A DNA stretch of 64,000 bases from an uncultured Thermoanaerobaculia bacterium (GCA_964618415.1 CAZUAT010000002.1:47758-111757), one strand, 5' to 3'. Counted from the first letter of the stretch, positions 32,701 through 41,923 are shown. The notes: generated by a model from the sequence alone, not told the origin. Numbers and translations are program-made.

Positions 32701-33894
32701 TTCACCCGGCCGATCGAGGAGCTGGTGGCCGGCACTCGGCGCATCGCCGCCGGTGCGCCGACACTCGGCGTGCGCCCCGGAGATGCCGAGCTGGAGGCGC
32801 TCAGCGAGGCGATCGATCGGATGGCGGCGCGCATTGCCGCCGGCCGCGAGCGACTGCTGGCAGAGAAGCGCCTGGTCGAGCGGATCGTCGAATCCGTCGC
32901 TGGAGCGGTAGTCGCGCTCGACGCTGCCGGGCGGGTGCTGATCATCAACCGCTCCGGCCGCGACCTGCTGGCGGTCGAGCCGGGCGACGATCTGATCGCC
33001 CGTCTGCGGGCACAGGTCGACGATCCGGTCCAGCCGCGTCCGGAGCTGCGCGCGGTGGCCGAGTTCGCGGACACCACGGCCGCGGATCCGGCACGGCACG
33101 CCGTCCACCTGAGCGACGCGACGGCCGAGGATCGGGACTGGACGCTGGTGCGCGTGCCGCTCGAAGAGGCGGGCGAGGCGGCCGTGCTGCTGGTGGTCGA
33201 GGACGTCACCGACGTCGTGCGGGCGCGACGGCTCGAGGCGTGGGCCGAGATGGCGCGCCTGATCGCTCACGAGATCAAGAACCCGTTGACGCCGATCCGG
33301 CTCTCGGCCGAGCATCTGCGCGAGGCCTGGCAGCGCGATCGAGCGCACTTCGAATCGGTGTTCGAGCGCTGCACGCGCAACATCCTCACCCAGGTCGAGG
33401 AGCTGCGGCAGATCGCGTCGGAGTTCTCGACCTACAGCCAGATTCCGCGTCTCGAACGCCAGGCGGGGGACCTCAGCGCCGCCGTGGGTGCCGTGGCCGA
33501 GGCCTACCGAGCGTCGCCACCGCCAGGGGTAGAGGTTCGCCTCGACCTGCCCGCCGAGTCACTGCCGGCCGACTTCGACCCGCGGCTGCTGCCGCGGGCC
33601 ATCCGCAATCTGATCGAGAACGCGGTGCGGGCCGTCGCCGGCGGCGGCACCGTCGAGGTGCGAGTGGCGCGGGAGGGCCAGATGGCGACCGTCACGGTCA
33701 GCGACGACGGGCCCGGGGTGCCGCCGGACCAGGTCGGCAGGGTGCTCGAGCCCTACTTTTCGACCCACGCGACGGGCACCGGCCTCGGCCTTCCGATCGC
33801 GGCGCGGATCGCCGAAGAGCATGGCGGTTCGCTGGTCGCCCGCAACCGAACTGGCGGCGGATTCGAAGTCGTCGTTACAATCCCCCTTCAATGA
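29728..33894 (+). CDS. Very large multi-sensor histidine kinase, NtrY-like. Its layout runs from a polytopic N-terminal TM block through two periplasmic sensor regions, a HAMP and a PAS domain to HisKA and HATPase.
   Basis: The C-terminus reads ARLIAHEIKNPLTPIRLSAEHL (H-box), NLIENAVRA (N-box), then DDGPGVP and GTGLGLPIA (G-boxes). There are at least 10 predicted TM helices. The start is uncertain: the ORF opens with a TTG at 29728, and an alternative ATG lies at 29797. Confidence 0.7.
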   Translation: MQPRGSIAKSPALLTARIRAAAAMKRRRPLSAATDLLLLAALSAAPALTAAPGAVLLGVATGLWALQVGRPRERRVGALTFGLGAVLLTVAALSAWRPATPPSPVDLERSHARWWAELDGAARTAAQTLGADLESAARREVLFERLQAIGAGGRGRIARTLLLVDRDGEAVAWGGPGLLHDLRPEEMTAPGRGLRQSATAATLFTSVPVEARRGWHLVAGASFARDGAPPLADPALAARAPGGWHLVVGEGEGAPTKLVVGAGDGPAAEGGAWQGVATGLVALGLLWIAALRAVGRALLSGTVLPPRQPVASVLVPAALAALLTVHALGANASEQGGLALALTTALVGIEIGRRRWAGRLVPVATLLGLLMPVALALALRSLADPLAPWSEARFGDGSALAGRLALLLAIFAPVAVAAGGAASRRGGRWGWTAAALALLGGALAGRPIVALVVLAAAGLAATRMASGARLGLNLSTAAALLVSGLIGGGAGAAGEQLAIERALPRQARHLMPPSPAELVGVAAAMDEALARHDPARFLPADGSVTGRGDLAFAIWRDSPLARVDLLSALVVEFEDGGRSTFSYGLPIDAAGDLVSAPERWSDLEEQSWPERRIGGVIERTIPAVGAAGDEFGAVRQLRWWAVPRVGFGAGATWTPDLESTLLRGLTLGARPFGLAPQVRYVVRGAEGSWRASSWLEGTPPVERWPAPGTIGEVMTPDGTARAAAETGGSLRVAVFLPRPGPGAALERTGSVAAAPLLALLALLALGWLLALPRSAVRDLLRRATRSYSKRLVIVFAALLLLPVGAFYFFLSRTLERRIVRAQEDAARAALGSAQRVLGEYVLTLQPGFGVGTAIDDVLLEWLSRVVRHDVHLYWGSEIYASSKRDLFAAGLLPRRLPGDVQARLELGGDRLARRTGQVGAAEYLELYTPLAVPGEVEADDGSATRLVLSMPLLAQQEEAVAEAARLRRRALLASLALLVALAATGARAARRFTRPIEELVAGTRRIAAGAPTLGVRPGDAELEALSEAIDRMAARIAAGRERLLAEKRLVERIVESVAGAVVALDAAGRVLIINRSGRDLLAVEPGDDLIARLRAQVDDPVQPRPELRAVAEFADTTAADPARHAVHLSDATAEDRDWTLVRVPLEEAGEAAVLLVVEDVTDVVRARRLEAWAEMARLIAHEIKNPLTPIRLSAEHLREAWQRDRAHFESVFERCTRNILTQVEELRQIASEFSTYSQIPRLERQAGDLSAAVGAVAEAYRASPPPGVEVRLDLPAESLPADFDPRLLPRAIRNLIENAVRAVAGGGTVEVRVAREGQMATVTVSDDGPGVPPDQVGRVLEPYFSTHATGTGLGLPIAARIAEEHGGSLVARNRTGGGFEVVVTIPLQ

Positions 33895-35387
33895 GCCCCC
33901 GGGGTGCCGTGCGTGTCGCCGCCGCCGTGGCTGGATGCAGCCTCGCCGCGATGCTGACGGCGGCCTGCGGCCCCGGCCGGCGCGATGCCGTCGTTCCCGG
34001 CACGGCGGTCTGGCTCTCCGCCGCGGCCGCGCCGCTGGACCTGGCGACGCTCGACCGGCTGCGGGCCGGCGGCGTGACGACCTTCTTCCTGGAGGCGGCG
34101 CAGGTCGAATGGTCCGGCGGCGCGAGTCGACTGGTGCCCGGGGGGATGGCCCGCCTGCCGCGGCGTGACCGCGCCACGCTGGTTGTCGCCGGGGATCGCC
34201 CGCCGGCCGGACTGGACAGCGACGCCGCCGCGGCGGGTCTGGTCCAGGGAGTCGAGGCGCTGCGCCTGGCCGCTGAAGGGGCGGGTCATCTGCCCGCCGG
34301 CCTGCACTTCGAGCTGCGCGGGCGAGGCGGACTGGCCGCCCTGGGCGCGCTGCTGGCCGCGCTGCGCGACGAGACCGACGGCCGGCTGCTGCTTTCGGCC
34401 GGTATCGGACGGAGCGACCTGGACGATCCGGAGCTCGCGAAGCTGGCGGCTGAGGCCGATTTTCTGGTGGCGTTTCTTTACGGACAGCGGCCGGGCGACG
34501 CGGAGGATCCACGCAGCTGGGATCTCCAGGAGGTCGAGCGGGGGCTGCAGCGCCTGGAGACCCTCAACTGTCCCTACTACGTGACTGCGGTGACGGCCGG
34601 CAGCGCTTCGCTGCGGGATCGCCGCGGCAGCCGGCGCGAGGTCTCCACCTCGTTCGACATCGCGCAACTGGTGCGCGACAGCCGCTTCGAGCTCAAGCGG
34701 GGGTTCTCGCTGGAAGGTATCGACCGCCAGGTTCATGAATTGCGAGCCCGTTCTCCGTTGACCATCGGCGACTGGGAGATGGTCACCGGCGAGTCGATCC
34801 GGATCGTCCGCTTGGCCACCACCAACGTCGAGGAGTTCCTGCGCCGCTGCGGCGCCTGGTCGACCGAACGGATGCTCGGCCCGCTGTTCTGGCGACTGCC
34901 GGAACCGGGCGAACGCCTGGTGCTGACGGTCGACAGCCTGATCGCGGGGCTCGATCCGGCGCCGTCGCGTCCGCAGATGGCGCTGGCGCTCGAACCGCTG
35001 CCGTCGCGGCGCGGAGTGCGCAACGTGCGGGTCAGGCTCACCTCGCTCAACGACGAAAACACGGACTTGGCGTTCTTCGAGGCGAACTACGTCGACGTGA
35101 TGGTCACTGGAGCCCGCATCGCCGACGCCGAAGCCGGCGACTTCGCCCGCTATGAGCTGTCGCGCGACGGCGACAGCTCGACCATGCAGGCACTGCGCGA
35201 GGCCGACCGCGTCCGTCTCTGGGTGCCTTGGGTGGCGGGCCGCGAGGAGCTGCTCTCCGGTCCGATCGAGATCGTGGCGCGCGGTCGCGAGAAGCCGGCC
35301 GTCTTTACCGCCGGTCGGTTCGCCCTGTCCGACGGCTCGATCCTGGCCATCGAGCGCCAGGAGTGGGCCGAGGAGCGTGCGCCGTGA
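33891..35387 (+). CDS. Hypothetical lipoprotein (498 aa)
   Basis: Its ATG overlaps the kinase stop in an ATGA overlap. The signal and lipobox read AAMLTAACG. It has no recognisable domain. It is coupled downstream to the metzincin via a GTGA overlap. Confidence 0.55.
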   Translation: MSPRGAVRVAAAVAGCSLAAMLTAACGPGRRDAVVPGTAVWLSAAAAPLDLATLDRLRAGGVTTFFLEAAQVEWSGGASRLVPGGMARLPRRDRATLVVAGDRPPAGLDSDAAAAGLVQGVEALRLAAEGAGHLPAGLHFELRGRGGLAALGALLAALRDETDGRLLLSAGIGRSDLDDPELAKLAAEADFLVAFLYGQRPGDAEDPRSWDLQEVERGLQRLETLNCPYYVTAVTAGSASLRDRRGSRREVSTSFDIAQLVRDSRFELKRGFSLEGIDRQVHELRARSPLTIGDWEMVTGESIRIVRLATTNVEEFLRRCGAWSTERMLGPLFWRLPEPGERLVLTVDSLIAGLDPAPSRPQMALALEPLPSRRGVRNVRVRLTSLNDENTDLAFFEANYVDVMVTGARIADAEAGDFARYELSRDGDSSTMQALREADRVRLWVPWVAGREELLSGPIEIVARGREKPAVFTAGRFALSDGSILAIERQEWAEERAP

Positions 35388-37957
35388 GGCCGGCTGGGGC
35401 TGCGGCCTGGCGGGCGCCACGCGGGTGGGCCGTCGTCTGCTGGGCGTTGGTGACAGTCGGCTGCGCAGGCGTGCCACGGCCCGAAACCGCTGCTCCGGAG
35501 GCGCCCCCGCGTCCACCGAGCGAGATCGAGCGGGCGATCGAGGGAACTGAAGCGCGACATGGCCTGCTCCGGCTGCAGCTGGACCGCCGGCGGGGCCGAC
35601 TGCTGGCTCTGCTGCCGGCGCCGGCGGGCCCGCGCGCCAGCATCGGCCTGTACGTGCATGCCGCCGGCATCCGAACGGGGCTCGGCTCCAACCCGGTAGG
35701 GCTCGATCGCGGCCAGCTCGGCGAGACCCGGCTGGTGGAGCTTCGCCGTCTGGGCGGCCGGGTCGTCATCGAGGCGCTCAACACGCGCTACCGCGCCCTC
35801 TCTGACGACCCCGCAGAGGTCGAGGCGGCGCGCGAGTCGTTCGCCACGTCGATTCTGTTCGCCACCGAGATTCTGGCCGAGGACGACGAGGGCACGCTGC
35901 TCGTCGACCTGTCCGACTTTCTCCTCCGCGACGCGCACGGCATCGCGCGCCGGCTGGCAGCAGCGGGCCAGGGAACCTGGTCGCTCGATGCACGGCGCAG
36001 CGCGATCGATCTCGACTCCTGCCGGGCGTTTCCGGAGAACGTGGAGCTCGAGTCCTGGCTGACCTTCGTCGGCAGCGGTCCGGCGCCCGAGGTCGAGGCC
36101 GTGGCGCCCGACGCGAGCGCGGTGACGCTGGTCGTGCATCAGTCGCTGCTCGCTCTGCCGGCAGAGGGATACCGGCCTCGCGAGCACGACTTGCGGATGG
36201 GATCGTTTGCGGTCGACTTCGTCGACCTCGCAGCGCCGCTCGGTCGGCCGCTCGCGCGGCGGTGGATCGCGCGGCATCGGCTCGAACCGGTCGACCCGGG
36301 CACGCCGGCCGCCGGCGTGCGCGACCCGATCGTTTTTCACGTCGACCGCGGCGCACCCGAGCCGGTGCGCACGGCACTGCTCGAAGGCGCGGCCTGGTGG
36401 GCGGCGGCGTTCGACAAGGCCGGCCTGCCGGGTGCGTTTCGCGTCGAACTGCTGCCCGAAGGGGCTGACCCGCTCGACGCGCGCTACAACGTGATCCAGT
36501 GGGTGCATCGCGCCACGCGGGGCTGGTCGTACGGTGCGGCCCTGATCGATCCGCGCAGCGGCGAAATCCTGAAGGGGCACGTCTCGCTCGACTCGCAGCG
36601 CATCCGTCAGGACCTGCTGCTGTTCGAGGGACTGGCCGGTACGGCGGCCACAGGGAGCGGCGGCGCGGACGATCCGATCGAGCTGGCGTTGGCGCGGATC
36701 CGCCAGCTGGCCGCACACGAGGTCGGACACGCGCTCGGCTTCCAGCACAACTTCGCGGCGTCGACGTTCGATCGCGGCTCGGTCATGGACTACCCGGCGC
36801 CGCTCGTCACTGTCGACGCCGAGGGCCGGCTCGACTTCTCGCGTGCCTACGCGGTCGGCGTCGGGCCGTGGGACGACGCGAGCGTGCGCCACGCCTACGG
36901 TCAGCCGCCGGCTGGCATCGAGGAAGCGGCCTGGCTGGCCGGCGTGGTGGAGGAGACGCTCGCGCAGGGCCTCTTCCTCCTTTCCGACGACGATGCCCGG
37001 GGCGCGGCGAGCGGCCACCCTCGCGCCAGTCTGTGGGACAACGGCCGCGACCCGCTGTCGGCACTGGAGCGGACGTTGCGGGTCCGGCGGCTGGCGCTGG
37101 CGCGCTTCGGAGCGCGCAGTCTGGCGCCCGGGCAGCCGATGGCGAACCTCGAGGAGGTCCTCGCCACCGTCTATTTCCACCATCGGTTCCAGGTTGCCGC
37201 GACGGTCAAGCTGCTCGGCGGCCTCGACTACCGGCACGCAGTGCGCGGCGACCGCCAGCCGCCGGCGCGCGCCGTCGAACCGGACCGGCAGCGTCGGGCG
37301 CTCGAGCTGCTGCTCGGCACGTTGGCGCCAGCCGAGCTCGATCTCGCCGACAGCCTGCTCGTCCAGCTGACCCCGCGGGCGCCCGGCATGGAGCGGAGCC
37401 GAGAGCAGTTCCGCGGCCGCAGCGGCCCGGCCTTCGACCTGCTCGATGCGGCAGCCGCCGCGGCCGACCTGACGCTGCGCGGGCTGCTCGATCCAGCGCG
37501 CGGTGCGCGGCTGGTCGAGATGCATCGGCGCGCGCCACAGAGTCCAGACTTCAGCGACGTCGTCGGTGAGACCGTGGCGCGGGTGTTCGGCGACATGACG
37601 CTCCTGCCACCGCGCGAACTGGAGATCGCACGCGTCGTCCAGCGCACTCTGGTCGAACGGCTGCTCGACGTGTCGGCCGACGTCGACGCGTCGCCGCCGG
37701 TGCGCTCGCGCGTCGACGGCGCGCTGTCGAACCTGCTCGAGCGTCTCGATGGCTGGGACGCCGTCGACGCCGCGGAGCGCGCGCATATCGGATCGCTGGC
37801 CGCCGAAATCGGGCGTCATCTGGCCCGCCCCGCGCCCGCCCGCGTGCCGTCGCCGGGCGCCCCGCAGCCACCACCGGGCGAGCCGATCGGCAGCGCCGCC
37901 CCGGCCTGGCTTCGCGGGTTGGACCCGGGCGTCGAGTGCGGCCAGTTCCGGCCGTGA
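35384..37957 (+). CDS. Secreted zinc metalloprotease, metzincin type (DUF5117/DUF4953-like)
   Basis: The signal and lipobox read VVCWALVTVGCAG. The zinc motif is HEVGHALGFQH (HExxHxxGxxH), with a Met-turn SVMDYP downstream. It spans about 857 aa. Confidence 0.7.
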   Translation: MRPAGAAAWRAPRGWAVVCWALVTVGCAGVPRPETAAPEAPPRPPSEIERAIEGTEARHGLLRLQLDRRRGRLLALLPAPAGPRASIGLYVHAAGIRTGLGSNPVGLDRGQLGETRLVELRRLGGRVVIEALNTRYRALSDDPAEVEAARESFATSILFATEILAEDDEGTLLVDLSDFLLRDAHGIARRLAAAGQGTWSLDARRSAIDLDSCRAFPENVELESWLTFVGSGPAPEVEAVAPDASAVTLVVHQSLLALPAEGYRPREHDLRMGSFAVDFVDLAAPLGRPLARRWIARHRLEPVDPGTPAAGVRDPIVFHVDRGAPEPVRTALLEGAAWWAAAFDKAGLPGAFRVELLPEGADPLDARYNVIQWVHRATRGWSYGAALIDPRSGEILKGHVSLDSQRIRQDLLLFEGLAGTAATGSGGADDPIELALARIRQLAAHEVGHALGFQHNFAASTFDRGSVMDYPAPLVTVDAEGRLDFSRAYAVGVGPWDDASVRHAYGQPPAGIEEAAWLAGVVEETLAQGLFLLSDDDARGAASGHPRASLWDNGRDPLSALERTLRVRRLALARFGARSLAPGQPMANLEEVLATVYFHHRFQVAATVKLLGGLDYRHAVRGDRQPPARAVEPDRQRRALELLLGTLAPAELDLADSLLVQLTPRAPGMERSREQFRGRSGPAFDLLDAAAAAADLTLRGLLDPARGARLVEMHRRAPQSPDFSDVVGETVARVFGDMTLLPPRELEIARVVQRTLVERLLDVSADVDASPPVRSRVDGALSNLLERLDGWDAVDAAERAHIGSLAAEIGRHLARPAPARVPSPGAPQPPPGEPIGSAAPAWLRGLDPGVECGQFRP

Positions 37958-38754
37958 TGCTCGCGCGCCGCGCGATTGCGGTGCTGTTCCTCTCCGCCTC
38001 CTGCGCGGCCGGCGAACCGGCGGAGGTGACCGGGTCTGGGTCGACGCTGCCAGTTGGGCGCCCCACGGTGCTTGCCGTGCGACCTCATGATCCCACCTCG
38101 TTCACCCAGGGACTGGTGTGGGCGGATGGCCGGCTCTGGGAGAGCTCCGGCCAGTACGGAGCCTCGCGCCTCGTCGAGGTCGAACCGGCCGACGGCCGAA
38201 CTCTGCGCAGCGTGCCGCTGCCGGCGAACGAGTTTGCCGAGGGACTGGCACGCGTCGGCGATCGCCTGCTTCAGCTCACCTGGCAGGAGGGGGTCGTGCA
38301 CGTCTGGAGTCTGCCCGACCTGCGGCCCCGGCCATCTCTGCGGTTCGACGGGGAAGGATGGGGTCTGACCTTCGACGGCGAGCGACTGATCCAGAGCGAC
38401 GGTACCGCGCGGCTGCTGTTCCGTTCGCCGATGGACTTTGCGCTGCTCGGCACTGTCACCGTACGCCGTGACGGCCGCCCGGTCCCTTACCTGAACGAGC
38501 TCGAGTGGGCAGACGGAGCGGTCTACGCCAATGTCTGGATGAGCGACGAGATCCTGCGGATCGATCCGGAGACCGGCGCGGTGACCGCAGTCTGGGACGC
38601 GAGCGGCCTGCTGGCGCCCGGGGAGCGAGCCGGGGCCGACGTGCTCAACGGCATCGCCTGGGACGGCGAGCGGCGGATCTTTCACCTGACCGGCAAGTAC
38701 TGGCCGTGGCGCTTCGAGGTCGAACTTCCGCTGCCGGGCGCCGCCACGCGCTGA
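37936..38754 (+). CDS. Glutaminyl-peptide cyclotransferase (bacterial/plant beta-propeller type)
   Basis: It has a signal peptide. The family signature is [24 protein letters not shown]..., followed by [18 protein letters not shown]. It overlaps the metzincin 3' end by 22 bp. Confidence 0.8.
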   Translation: MRPVPAVMLARRAIAVLFLSASCAAGEPAEVTGSGSTLPVGRPTVLAVRPHDPTSFTQGLVWADGRLWESSGQYGASRLVEVEPADGRTLRSVPLPANEFAEGLARVGDRLLQLTWQEGVVHVWSLPDLRPRPSLRFDGEGWGLTFDGERLIQSDGTARLLFRSPMDFALLGTVTVRRDGRPVPYLNELEWADGAVYANVWMSDEILRIDPETGAVTAVWDASGLLAPGERAGADVLNGIAWDGERRIFHLTGKYWPWRFEVELPLPGAATR

Positions 38755-38833
38755 GCCGGATGCAGCCGGCGGCGCTGGTGTCGGCCCGGGCGGCTCGATA
38801 CACTTACCAGCCCCGCGAGAGGAGCGAGCTTCG

Positions 38834-39838
38834 ATGACCCAGGCGCAGTGGTACGTGGCGGTGAACGGACAGCAGGAGGGCCCGCTGAGCGAGGAGGAGA
38901 TCGTCTCCCGCCTCGCCGCCGGCCGACTCGATCGCAACGCCCACGTCTACGGGCCCGGTATGGCCGCCTGGGCGCCGATCGGGAGTGTCGGGCGGTTTGC
39001 CAATGTGGCGCCCGCGGCCGCACCGCCACCGCCGCCGCCCGGCGGTGCGCACGAGATCGACTACGAGATCCGCGGCCAGGAGATGCAGTACGTCGAGGTG
39101 ACACTCGACCCGGGCGAGGCCTGCGTGGCCGAGGCAGGCGCGTTCTTCTACATGGATCCCGACATCCGGATGGAGACGATTTTCGGCGACGGGTCCGGGG
39201 CCAGCAGCGCCGGCGGCATGATGGGCAAGCTGCTGTCGGCCGGAAAGCGCGTGCTGACCGGGGAGTCGCTGTTCATGACCGTCTTCTCCAACAGCGGCAG
39301 TCAGCGGCGGACGGTTTCGTTCGCGGCCCCCTACCCGGGCAGCATCGTGCCGCTCGACCTGCGGCAGCTCGGCGGAAGCATGCTCTGCCAGAAGGATGCC
39401 TTCCTGTGCGCCGCTCGCGGCGTGTCGGTGGGCATCGCGTTTCAGCGTCGCCTGGGCGCGGGCCTGTTCGGCGGCGAGGGGTTCATCCTGCAGAAACTCG
39501 AGGGCGACGGCCTCGCGTTCGTGCACGCCTGCGGCATGATCGTCGAGCGGGATCTGGCCGCCGGCGAGACGCTGCGCGTCGACACCGGCTGTCTGGTGGC
39601 GTTCGAGCCGCGAGTGAAGTACGACATCGAGATGGTCAAGGGCGTCAAGACGTTCCTGTTCGGCGGCGAGGGCCTGTTCTTTGCCACCGTCACCGGGCCG
39701 GGGCGGGTCTGGCTCCAGACGCTGCCGTTCGCGCGGCTCGCGTCACGCGTTCTGCAGTCGTCCGGCATCGGCCGGGGACGTCGTGAAGAGGGGTCGATCC
39801 TCGGCTCGCTCGGCAATCTCCTCGACGGCGACGGCTGA
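38834..39838 (+). CDS. DUF4339 (GYF-like) plus AIM24/TIGR00266-family domain protein
   Basis: The N-terminus reads [18 protein letters not shown], which is DUF4339. After a Pro-rich linker comes an AIM24-like beta-rich core ([24 protein letters not shown]...[16 protein letters not shown]). Confidence 0.65.
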   Translation: MTQAQWYVAVNGQQEGPLSEEEIVSRLAAGRLDRNAHVYGPGMAAWAPIGSVGRFANVAPAAAPPPPPPGGAHEIDYEIRGQEMQYVEVTLDPGEACVAEAGAFFYMDPDIRMETIFGDGSGASSAGGMMGKLLSAGKRVLTGESLFMTVFSNSGSQRRTVSFAAPYPGSIVPLDLRQLGGSMLCQKDAFLCAARGVSVGIAFQRRLGAGLFGGEGFILQKLEGDGLAFVHACGMIVERDLAAGETLRVDTGCLVAFEPRVKYDIEMVKGVKTFLFGGEGLFFATVTGPGRVWLQTLPFARLASRVLQSSGIGRGRREEGSILGSLGNLLDGDG

Positions 39839-39841
39839 GCC

Positions 39842-41923
39842 GTGCGCTGCCGCAGTCTCTTCGGTCGCCTCGCGCCGGCGCTGTGTGTGGCCGCCCAGCT
39901 GACGGGCGGACTGTGCGCGCCCGCTCAGGCCGGCTATCCGGCCGACGTCCCCTCGGCCGAGCACGTCGCGCGGGCGCTCGCGGTCGTCTACCCGGCGCTG
40001 GTCAACCTGACCGTCGTCAACGAGCACTTCGCCGACGGACGCGCGCTGCGAGGGCCCGGGGCGGGGAGCGGAGTCATCGTCACGCCGGAAGGACACGTGC
40101 TGACCAACTACCATGTCGCCGGCGACGCCACCCGGATCACCGCGACGCTGACGACTGGTGAGATTCTCGACGCCGAGGTGGTGGCCCACGATCCGGCCAC
40201 CGACCTGTCCGTGCTGCGGCTGCGCACCGAAGCCCGGGCGGCCGACGCGCCGCCGCTCGTTCCGGCGCGATTCTCCGAGCGCGTGCTCGCGGTCGGCGAC
40301 CCAGTGCTCGCGATGGGCAATCCGCTGACCCTGTCGTCCTCGGTGACGCTCGGCATCGTCTCCAACGCTCGCCGGGTGTTCACCGACTTCCTCGGCAACC
40401 GGCTGGAGGACCTGGATCTCGGGTCCGGCGGACCGACGGGGCTGTTCACGCAGTGGATCCAGCACGACGCGCTGATCCTGCCGGGCAACTCCGGCGGTCC
40501 GCTGGTCGACCTCGACGGCGCCATCGTGGGTATCAACGAGCTGGGTGGCGGCGGCATCGGCTTCGCGATTCCGACCGCCATCGCGCGCGAAGTCCTCGCC
40601 CAGGCGCTCGCCGGCGGCCGAATCCGGCGCGCCTGGCTCGGCCTGGCGGTCGGTCCGGTCGCCAAGCTCGAACGGTTTGACGGCGCGCTGGTGCACACCG
40701 TCATGCCGGGCTCGGCGGCCGGGCGTGCCGGAGTGCAACCCGGAGACATCCTGCTGAGCCTGGCCGGCCAGCCGCTGGCGGTGCGTTTCTTCTACGCCGT
40801 ACCCGAGATCTACCTGACGATCTCCCGCCTGCCGATCGGCGAGCCGGTGCCGCTGGTCGTGGAGCGAGACGGGCGCCGCATCGAGCTCGAGGTCACGCCC
40901 GAGGAGATGGAGGAGGCGGTCGGCAAGCGGGCGGAGGTACGCCGACTGGGCATCACGGCGCAGGAGATCACCGGCCCGATGTCGCTGGGGCTGCACGTGC
41001 CGCCGCGTTCGGGCCTGCTCGTGACCAGCCTGCGCCCCGGCTTCCCGGCGGTCGGCGCCAAGCCTCCGATCGAGAGCGGCGACCTGATCACCGCCGTCGG
41101 CGAGCGAGCCGTGACGCGGCTCGACGAGCTCGACAACGCGCTGGCGGAAGCGGGGGGCGACGAGGTCCTGGTCACCTTGCGGCGTGAGGACGCGCGACTG
41201 CTGACGGTCGTGCGGCTGCGCGAGCCGGGGTCGGCGCGCTGGGGCGGCGAGCTGCCCAAGGCCTGGCTCGGCGTCGAGACGCAGGTGGTGACGGCCGAAC
41301 TGGCCCGGGCGATGGGACAGCCCGAACTGCGCGGGTTCCGGGTCACCGAGGTCTACCCGTGGACCCGGGCGGCCGAGAGCGGACTGCAGGTCGGCGACGT
41401 CATCGTGGCGCTGGCCGGCGAACCGATCGAGGCCGGCCGCGCCCAGGACGTCGAGAACCTGCGCGTCGCGGTCGAGGCGCGATCGATCGGCGAACGGGTG
41501 CCGATCGACGTGGTGCGCGGCGCGACGACCGAATCGATCGAGGTGGAGCTGCAGGCGCGCCCGACCTCGGCCGTGGAGGCGCGCACGGCGCGCCAGGCGG
41601 AGCTCGAGTTCACGGTGCGCGACCTGACTTTCCTCGACCGCATCGAGCGGCATCTGGATCGCGAGCAGGGCGGCGTCATCGTCACCGAGGTGACCCCCGG
41701 CGGCTGGGCGCAGATGGGCGGGCTCGAGACGGGCGACCTCGTGCTGGCGGTGGGCGGTTCGGCGCTCGCCGACGTGGCGGCGTTCGACGCGACGATGAAG
41801 CGGCTGATCCGCGAGCGCCCTGCGGCAGTACCGGTCTTCGTCCGCCGCGGCTGGCGTACGACCTACGTCTTCCTCGAACCGGAATGGCCCGGCGACGAGA
41901 ACGGTTCAGGAGAACTGCGATGA
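39842..41923 (+). CDS. HtrA/DegP-family serine endoprotease with an extended multi-PDZ C-terminus (about 4 PDZ domains)
   Basis: It has a signal peptide. The catalytic triad is complete: H in VLTNYHVAGDA, D in DLSVLRL, S in GNSGGPLVDLDGAIVGIN. Four PDZ-like modules follow (GDILLSLAG, GDLITAVG, GDVIVALAG, GDLVLAVGG). Confidence 0.85.
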   Translation: MRCRSLFGRLAPALCVAAQLTGGLCAPAQAGYPADVPSAEHVARALAVVYPALVNLTVVNEHFADGRALRGPGAGSGVIVTPEGHVLTNYHVAGDATRITATLTTGEILDAEVVAHDPATDLSVLRLRTEARAADAPPLVPARFSERVLAVGDPVLAMGNPLTLSSSVTLGIVSNARRVFTDFLGNRLEDLDLGSGGPTGLFTQWIQHDALILPGNSGGPLVDLDGAIVGINELGGGGIGFAIPTAIAREVLAQALAGGRIRRAWLGLAVGPVAKLERFDGALVHTVMPGSAAGRAGVQPGDILLSLAGQPLAVRFFYAVPEIYLTISRLPIGEPVPLVVERDGRRIELEVTPEEMEEAVGKRAEVRRLGITAQEITGPMSLGLHVPPRSGLLVTSLRPGFPAVGAKPPIESGDLITAVGERAVTRLDELDNALAEAGGDEVLVTLRREDARLLTVVRLREPGSARWGGELPKAWLGVETQVVTAELARAMGQPELRGFRVTEVYPWTRAAESGLQVGDVIVALAGEPIEAGRAQDVENLRVAVEARSIGERVPIDVVRGATTESIEVELQARPTSAVEARTARQAELEFTVRDLTFLDRIERHLDREQGGVIVTEVTPGGWAQMGGLETGDLVLAVGGSALADVAAFDATMKRLIRERPAAVPVFVRRGWRTTYVFLEPEWPGDENGSGELR

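Noticed and set aside
30598-35516. 580-aa (30598..32340), 542-aa (33888..35516) and 889-aa (35150..37819) minus-strand ORFs
   Set aside because: They lie antisense to the kinase, lipoprotein and metzincin coding frame. The plus-strand products carry recognisable catalytic motifs. The minus ORFs are R/P/G-rich.
35152-35550. 132-aa plus ORF overlapping the lipoprotein/metzincin junction
   Set aside because: It is in a different frame from both flanking genes, which are joined by a 4-bp overlap. It has a Cys/Arg-rich artefactual composition.
39743-41653. 636-aa minus ORF
   Set aside because: It lies antisense to the HtrA gene, which has an intact catalytic triad and PDZ repeats.
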